Virus record (IMG/VR): IMGVR_UViG_3300011339_000301
Coordinates: 1 to 40,800 of that record
DNA: 40,800 nt
Origin: a virus
Taxonomy: Duplodnaviria; Caudoviricetes
Strand: one strand, 5' to 3'
Shown: piece after piece, positions 35,518 to 40,800 of the stretch
Layout of the letters: each line of letters begins with the position of its first letter
Position numbering within the stretch: the stretch's first letter is position 1
Program-made: the position numbers and the translations under genes
Notes under the pieces: model-generated
Told to the model about the DNA's origin: nothing
The model's input: the letters and a program-made list of their open reading frames with translations, nothing else
Database searches by the model: none

Positions 35518-37257
35518 ATGGACACTTTAACCGCCCTTAAAGACGATTTTAAGCTTTTCCTTCAAGCACTGTGGGGGCAACTAGACTTGCCCTCCCCTAC
35601 ACGTGCTCAGTACGCTATTGCTGATTATCTACAACACGGCCCTAAACGACTACAGATCCAAGCCTTCCGAGGAGTCGGTAAGAGCTGGATTACTGGAGCG
35701 TTTGTGTTGTGGACACTCTTTAACGATGCTGAGAAGAAAATCATGATTATCTCAGCTTCTAAGGAGCGTGCTGATAACATGTCTATCTTCCTACAAAAGC
35801 TAATTATTGAAACACCTTGGCTATCACATTTGAGGCCAAAGAGTGATGAGGCACGGTGGAGTCGTATTAGCTTTGATGTTAACTGTTCACCTCACCAAGC
35901 GCCATCCGTTAAGTCGGTGGGTATCACAGGTCAGTTAACTGGTTCACGTGCAGACCTAATGATTCTTGATGACGTGGAGGTGCCTGGTAACTCTATGACT
36001 GAAATGATGCGGGAAAAGCTATTGCAGTTGTGTACCGAGGCTGAGTCAATCCTTACACCCAAAAAGGACAGTCGTATCATGTACCTTGGTACTCCACAGA
36101 CTACCTTTACCATCTACCGTAAGCTAGCTGAGCGTAACTATCGTCCATTTGTGTGGCCATCACGCTACCCACGTAAGGACAAACTATCACAGTATGAGAA
36201 CCTCCTAGCTCCTCAAATCTTAGAAGACATAGAGATGGGGATAGAGGAGTGGACCCCTACAGATCCTGATCGTTTCACCGGTGAAGATCTAGTAGAACGT
36301 GAAGCTGCTATGGGTCGTAGTAACTTCATGCTACAGTTCCAGCTAGACACAGCACTTAGTGACGCTGAGAAGTTCCCACTTAAGTTCTCTGACCTAGTGG
36401 TGACAAGCGTAAACCCAACACAGGCACCTGATGCTGTGGTGTGGTGCAGCGACCCCCGTAATATCCTCAAAGACCTACCCACTGTTGGTCTCCCTGGTGA
36501 CTACTTTTATTCACCAATGCAACTCCAAGGGGAGTGGGGACCATACACTGAAACCATCTGCTCCATTGACCCCAGTGGTAGAGGCACAGATGAAACAGCA
36601 GCTACATACATATCACAAAGGAATGGCTTTCTCTACGTTCACGAAGTACGAGCTTATCGCGACGGTTATAGCGACAATACACTTCTTGACATCTTGCGTG
36701 GGTGTAAGCGGTACAATGTTACTAAACTACTCATCGAAACAAACTTCGGAGACGGTATCGTCGCAGAACTCTTTAAGAAGCACCTGCAACAAACTAAACA
36801 AGCAATAGACGTAGAAGAAGTGCGTGCTAATGTACGTAAGGAAGATCGTATCATTGATGCCTTAGAACCTATTCTTAACCAACATCGTCTTATTGTCGAT
36901 AGGTCTGTGGTAGAGTGGGACTATAACTCTAATAAAGATGGAGCACCTGAGGAGAGACTACTATATATGCTCTTCTATCAGATGAGTCGTATGTGTAGAG
37001 AGAAGGGTGCCGTTAAACATGACGACAGATTGGACTCACTAGCACAAGGTGTTAAGTACTTCACAGATGCTATGGGTATCTCAGCTCATGAAGCTGTTAA
37101 GATGCGAAAGCAAGAGGAGTGGAATGATATCCTTGAGACATTCGTCGATGACCCCGTAGCTGCTACTAATCACTTAGTGATGGGAATGAATTTGGAGCAA
37201 AGACGCAAGGCTAGAGGTAAGACAAAAAGCTCTACTCCTATGTGGATAAGCCTGTGA
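35518..37257 (+). CDS. terL: Terminase large subunit (gp19-like)
   Basis: QAFRGVGKS, GQLTGSRAD...DDVE, LGTPQ, IDPSGRG.DE, HDDRLD. Confidence 0.97.
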   Translation: MDTLTALKDDFKLFLQALWGQLDLPSPTRAQYAIADYLQHGPKRLQIQAFRGVGKSWITGAFVLWTLFNDAEKKIMIISASKERADNMSIFLQKLIIETPWLSHLRPKSDEARWSRISFDVNCSPHQAPSVKSVGITGQLTGSRADLMILDDVEVPGNSMTEMMREKLLQLCTEAESILTPKKDSRIMYLGTPQTTFTIYRKLAERNYRPFVWPSRYPRKDKLSQYENLLAPQILEDIEMGIEEWTPTDPDRFTGEDLVEREAAMGRSNFMLQFQLDTALSDAEKFPLKFSDLVVTSVNPTQAPDAVVWCSDPRNILKDLPTVGLPGDYFYSPMQLQGEWGPYTETICSIDPSGRGTDETAATYISQRNGFLYVHEVRAYRDGYSDNTLLDILRGCKRYNVTKLLIETNFGDGIVAELFKKHLQQTKQAIDVEEVRANVRKEDRIIDALEPILNQHRLIVDRSVVEWDYNSNKDGAPEERLLYMLFYQMSRMCREKGAVKHDDRLDSLAQGVKYFTDAMGISAHEAVKMRKQEEWNDILETFVDDPVAATNHLVMGMNLEQRRKARGKTKSSTPMWISL

Positions 37258-37540
37258 CAGTTACTACAACTGTCTACTGCTGAGATCCATTGCGCTGGAA
37301 TTGATCTTGAGATCCCACCCGTTAAGCGGGAGCTGAAGGGTGGATCAGATCCCGTGAAGGGAGGAAGACATGCCTCTATCGAGACACATCTTCCTCTTTA
37401 TTAATGTCCCTGGGAATGGACATTCTGTAAGTACTACTAACTCCAAAGACACAAACCTCCACTAACTAATACTGAATCTTGGAGTACTGATTCTCCCAAT
37501 CCTTCTGAATCCTATCACTACCTATTCTACTGTATACACT

Positions 37541-37723
37541 ATGAGTAGAACATATCGTAAAGAACCTACTTACATGTTTAGACCTGTACGTACTTATAAT
37601 GAGTTACGTCAGCAATTCTTTGATGATGAGGGTTATACAGTATCAACTAGACAGCGTTATATACCTACACTATACGATGACATCCACATCTCTGCCTACA
37701 ACCAACTAGACCACCACCAATGA
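37541..37723 (+). CDS. Hypothetical protein, 60 aa (MSRTYRK...)
   Basis: ATGA coupling to thyX. Confidence 0.6.
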   Translation: MSRTYRKEPTYMFRPVRTYNELRQQFFDDEGYTVSTRQRYIPTLYDDIHISAYNQLDHHQ

Positions 37724-38352
37724 CCCACTCCGCCACCCTGGTACACATCACACCTAATGCTGAAGAACTTATTAGTTATATGGCACGTGTGAGTAACCCA
37801 TCTAACCAATCTAATACTGAGACCTCTCAACGACTCATTAGGTATCTAATCGAGCATCAACATTGGTCACCCTTTGAGATGGTTAATATGTGTGTAGAGA
37901 TTAACACTACTAGAAGTATAGCAGCACAGATCTTACGTCATAGGTCCTTTAGCTTCCAGGAGTTTAGTCAACGGTACTCACAAGTTACAGATGTAGCTCA
38001 AGTACCAGCTCTTCGTAGACAAGATACTAAGAACCGACAGAATAGTATTGATGACCTGGATGGAGATAAGAGGAAGTTCTTTGATACTAAAATCAATCAT
38101 CTATACTCAGAGTGTTATCGTGTCTATCAAGACCTACTGGATGCTGGGGTAGCTAAGGAGTGTGCTAGAGAAGTACTACCAATGGCCGCACCTACTCGAC
38201 TGTACATGAACGGTACTATTCGGTCCTGGATTCACTACTGTCAACTGCGGTGCTCTAATGGGACACAACTGGAACATAGAATCATCGCTAAAGGTGCCTA
38301 TGAACTGCTACAAGAGCACCTCCCTAGTGTTTGTGCTGTGTTAGCTGTTTAA
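37720..38352 (+). CDS. thyX: FAD-dependent thymidylate synthase
   Basis: H.SPFE, RHRSFSFQEFSQRY (RHRx7S), E.AR.VLP, Q.EHR. Confidence 0.96.
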   Translation: MTHSATLVHITPNAEELISYMARVSNPSNQSNTETSQRLIRYLIEHQHWSPFEMVNMCVEINTTRSIAAQILRHRSFSFQEFSQRYSQVTDVAQVPALRRQDTKNRQNSIDDLDGDKRKFFDTKINHLYSECYRVYQDLLDAGVAKECAREVLPMAAPTRLYMNGTIRSWIHYCQLRCSNGTQLEHRIIAKGAYELLQEHLPSVCAVLAV

Positions 38353-38595
38353 CTGCGGTGAGGGGCGCTCAGGGGGCTTGTAGGAGTCCCTTGAATTTTT
38401 AACATAAATTTAACAAGCCTTATATCGCCATGGGGTCTCGTATTTCCCCCCAGTGCCCCCCTCTTGCGATCAAGGACTCACAGCACTGATAGTTACTAAC
38501 AGACAGCACTGTATATAGCGGTACAGTACGGGGATAGCTGTTAGTAACTGTGGAGGGGTAGGGATAGCGGGTACTGCCATCATCTATTGCTACGC

Positions 38596-38620
38596 CTTAT
38601 TGAGAATGAATTGCAATAAG
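38596..38620. promoter_or_regulatory. Fur-box-like palindrome
   Basis: CTTATTG-AGAATGAATTG-CAATAAG; left half matches ATTGAGAAT. Confidence 0.45.
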
Positions 38621-38946
38621 CAATGTATAACGCTATATGTAGTGGTGTGTTGATATGATGACACTAGGTAGATATCAAGTGATCTGTCTCCGCCCCTCAA
38701 CACAGTTAACCAACAGTGCTAATACGTTCTCAGTCACCTCTACAAGCCTCTCTAAGGCCCATCTAACAGTTAATAGGTATACTTACACCACAGCACCAGT
38801 AGAGAGGCATTGTAGGGGCATATACATGCATCGTTCACACTCACGCTATTTATCACTTAGGACCATTACGACATACACCACGATACCGAATCCCTAATTG
38901 ACCCTCTCGACACGACTAATTGGTAGCCAGGAGGCCTATTTAGGGC

Positions 38947-38975
38947 TAGACAGGGCGGCCTGGATGGGCTATGGT
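38947..38975 (+). promoter_or_regulatory. Host sigma70-type early promoter
   Basis: TAGACA-17 nt-TATGGT upstream of the first early genes. Confidence 0.6.
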
Positions 38976-38983
38976 AGGTTCAT

Positions 38984-39036
38984 CGGTGGGGGAGGCGAGA
39001 CCGCCACTCCTCACCGGGCACCTAGATAATAGAATA
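38984..39036 (+). promoter_or_regulatory. boxB-like hairpin plus boxA-like sequence (putative antitermination element)
   Basis: Hairpin 38984-39016, then GCACCTAGATAA (39018-39029) just downstream of the promoter. Confidence 0.45.
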
Positions 39037-39039
39037 GTT

Positions 39040-39180
39040 GTGGTTCGTCACAAGACGGAACTAGCGGAGCGAGCGATCCCGCGAGTAGTTATAGGTAGCA
39101 ACTCTACCTGACTACACGAACCCGTATCTTATGTTAAGTGCAGAGCCACATGCACTATAGTGCGTGCTAACGCACACTAA
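39040..39180 (+). ncRNA. Putative structured leader RNA (multi-stem)
   Basis: Several hairpins and a 7-bp long-range stem identified by eye; no family assigned. Confidence 0.4.
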
Positions 39181-39237
39181 ACATTAGATCATGGCAACCT
39201 GTACCTGTTCACAACACTAACTACTACGGAGTTCACT

Positions 39238-39393
39238 ATGACCAACACCATTAACCAAACCTGGAACGATACCACTGTTAACACTTTCTATTGGATGGAT
39301 ACTAACTGCAATAGCTACAAGTTCGATGACTACAGTGTACCTATGTACACCTCCATCTCTTGGGTTGAGGATGACAACGAAGCCCACTACTGA
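39238..39393 (+). CDS. Early hypothetical protein, 51 aa (MTNTINQTW...EAHY)
   Basis: GGAG RBS; hand-translated. Confidence 0.65.
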   Translation: MTNTINQTWNDTTVNTFYWMDTNCNSYKFDDYSVPMYTSISWVEDDNEAHY

Positions 39394-39426
39394 TCACTGA
39401 CTACTGACACACTAACGGAGTTAACT

Positions 39427-39591
39427 ATGTCTATCACCATCGACCGCAAGGTAGCTACTGGTCTTCTCAATAAGGCGGCTACTGGTAATGATCTTTTGGC
39501 TGTACTTGAGATGATTACATCTACCTTTACTGAACCAACCGCACAGATGGCGACTCAGCCGTCACCTACTATGGAGGAGATTGAGTTCTGA
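39427..39591 (+). CDS. Early hypothetical protein, 54 aa (MSITIDRK...EEIEF)
   Basis: GGAG RBS; hand-translated. Confidence 0.7.
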   Translation: MSITIDRKVATGLLNKAATGNDLLAVLEMITSTFTEPTAQMATQPSPTMEEIEF

Positions 39592-39665
39592 TGCTAGCCC
39601 TAGCTATTCTAATCGTCGGCACCATTTACGCTATTAAGGAGATCAATGACAACGTTTACCTTTGA
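39591..39665 (+). CDS. Putative 24-aa membrane micropeptide (MLALAILIVGTIYAIKEINDNVYL)
   Basis: TGATG coupling; upstream GGAGG; hydrophobic. Confidence 0.45.
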   Translation: MLALAILIVGTIYAIKEINDNVYL

Positions 39666-39864
39666 TGACCTTCGTGATGCTGTGCAAGACTGCACCAGTT
39701 ATGACTTAGTTCAACGCATGGGTGATGATTATGAGGAGTTTATATTAGTCGATCCTTATGGAGATGTAGATGGTGACCCATTCTATGAACTAGAGGATGT
39801 CGAGTCCTTTATTCGTAACAATGAGGATGTTGATCAGTACCTTTATGAGCTTGTGTCTAAATGA
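39646..39864 (+). CDS. Early acidic hypothetical protein, 72 aa
   Basis: AAGGAG RBS; D/E-rich. Confidence 0.75.
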   Translation: MTTFTFDDLRDAVQDCTSYDLVQRMGDDYEEFILVDPYGDVDGDPFYELEDVESFIRNNEDVDQYLYELVSK

Positions 39865-40010
39865 TGTACACTATCTTTCGCATGGATGATGAAGGCAACC
39901 ATGTTGTCCTTGAGTCATTCGATACATATAGTGAGGCTGAGATGAACATCAATGCCTACTTTAATATGTATCCTTATGCTTATGTAGATATCCTCGTATC
40001 ACCTGAGTAA
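39861..40010 (+). CDS. Early hypothetical protein, 49 aa (MMYTIFRMDDEGN...VSPE)
   Basis: ATGA coupling; hand-translated. Confidence 0.65.
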   Translation: MMYTIFRMDDEGNHVVLESFDTYSEAEMNINAYFNMYPYAYVDILVSPE

Positions 40011-40050
40011 GTAATTGGTTTCTTTCACAATCACAAACGCACGCACTAAC

Positions 40051-40629
40051 ATGACTACCACCACTGTTGTTCCGTTTATGCTCAAGGGTGATTCACTTGT
40101 TGAGTACGTCAATGACAAGATGCCCCTTATTAGTAGAGGTGAGCTGACTCGCACTGATATGATCAAGGACGCAGGTTATGTGTACGATAGTGGTAAGGCT
40201 ATGTATGTAGACTTCTACACTGAGCTGCTGAATGCACGAGGTGTAACTCCTACCACCAACACTGATACCATGGAACAAGAGTATGATGACATGAGTGAGG
40301 ATGAGAAGGATCTCTATGATAAGATCACTGAGATGTTTGGTGAGAAGTGGACTCATGAGGAGACTATTGAGTTCATGGACGAGCTAAGTGATATAGGCAT
40401 TGAGAGTGCCAGTGATCTTGAGGATGCTTATGAGTACACCCACGATAGCTACTCATCGTATGCTGAGAAAGAGTTTGCTGAGTATTGGTGCATTGAAGTC
40501 CTTGATGCACAGATCCCAGAGTGTGTCATCAGTGCTGTAGACTGGCAAGATGTGTGGGATCACAACCTACGCTATGATTTCTGTAGCTTTGAGACTGCTA
40601 ACGGTACCTTCTTCTTTCGTAATAACTGA
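40051..40629 (+). CDS. Acidic early protein: cyAbrB-N-like domain fused to ArdA-like C-terminal domain
   Basis: L.G..L...V ... GY ... FY..LL.A.G; EDAY ... EFAE ... IP ... VDW..VW...L..D ... G..FF. Confidence 0.65.
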   Translation: MTTTTVVPFMLKGDSLVEYVNDKMPLISRGELTRTDMIKDAGYVYDSGKAMYVDFYTELLNARGVTPTTNTDTMEQEYDDMSEDEKDLYDKITEMFGEKWTHEETIEFMDELSDIGIESASDLEDAYEYTHDSYSSYAEKEFAEYWCIEVLDAQIPECVISAVDWQDVWDHNLRYDFCSFETANGTFFFRNN

Positions 40630-40763
40630 TGACCATTTGGACTGGGTGCGGACTAGCGCCCGCTGAGCAACAGATCATCCTTTCTGTCATTGGCATGGTT
40701 GGTATCATGGCTGTGATACCTGTCTATGTGTACAGTACTGTTCGTAACCCTATCAACAAATGA
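40629..40763 (+). CDS. Early small membrane protein, 44 aa
   Basis: TGATG coupling; hydrophobic IILSVIGMVGIMAVIPVYVY. Confidence 0.55.
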   Translation: MTIWTGCGLAPAEQQIILSVIGMVGIMAVIPVYVYSTVRNPINK

Positions 40764-40800
40764 TGAACGTTTTCACAATCACAAACCATTGCGGCTGCAG

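Larger units (their letters stand above)
38353..39237. other. Long structured non-coding region; probable genome termini / terminal-repeat junction and early leader
   Basis: No credible ORF for ~880 nt; lies between late genes and small early genes; several inverted repeats. Confidence 0.7.

Noticed and set aside
37330-37360. tRNA-like T-arm (GGATCAGATCCC)
   Set aside because: No TTC loop, cloverleaf or acceptor stem; no tRNA gene is supported in the window.
38655-38897. 80-aa ORF in the terminal region
   Set aside because: No RBS, atypical composition, and it overlaps a long inverted repeat.
39154-39161. CACTATAG resembling the T7/SP6 promoter core
   Set aside because: Single intergenic occurrence, explained by the GCACTATAGTGC palindrome; upstream bases do not match.
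1-40800. Prophage, integrase or att site
   Set aside because: No host genes or integrase are visible. The segment upstream of RNAP, where cyanopodovirus integrases usually lie, is outside the window, so lifestyle cannot be judged.

Overview
This window is nearly a whole genome of a T7-like cyanophage (Autographiviridae-type cyanopodovirus; host probably a Synechococcus/Cyanobium-type picocyanobacterium). All credible genes are on the + strand. It opens inside the single-subunit RNA polymerase and runs through the replication module (SSB, endonuclease I, primase-helicase, a DNA polymerase split into two overlapping ORFs, exonuclease). A nucleotide-metabolism and host-takeover block follows (NblA-like, DUF3310-like, MazG-like, class I RNR alpha and beta), then portal and scaffold. 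An accessory island carries hli, four Lys-rich microproteins, an RlpA-like gene and psbA. Next come capsid, tail tube, internal virion proteins, tail fibre, lysis genes, terS, three His-Me-finger-like nuclease candidates, terL and thyX. An ~880-nt structured non-coding region (probable genome-end junction) precedes the first early genes, so the sequence appears circularly permuted. Main leads: a possible -1 frameshift joining the polymerase halves; an early leader with sigma70 promoter, boxB/boxA-like element and multi-stem RNA; a Fur-box-like palindrome; a covarying GCTA-loop hairpin present twice; a cyAbrB-N/ArdA-like fusion; a permuted M23-like plus GH73 module in gp15; and a 560-aa RGH-motif protein between terS and terL. 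All family assignments are from motif recognition by eye; no searches were run.
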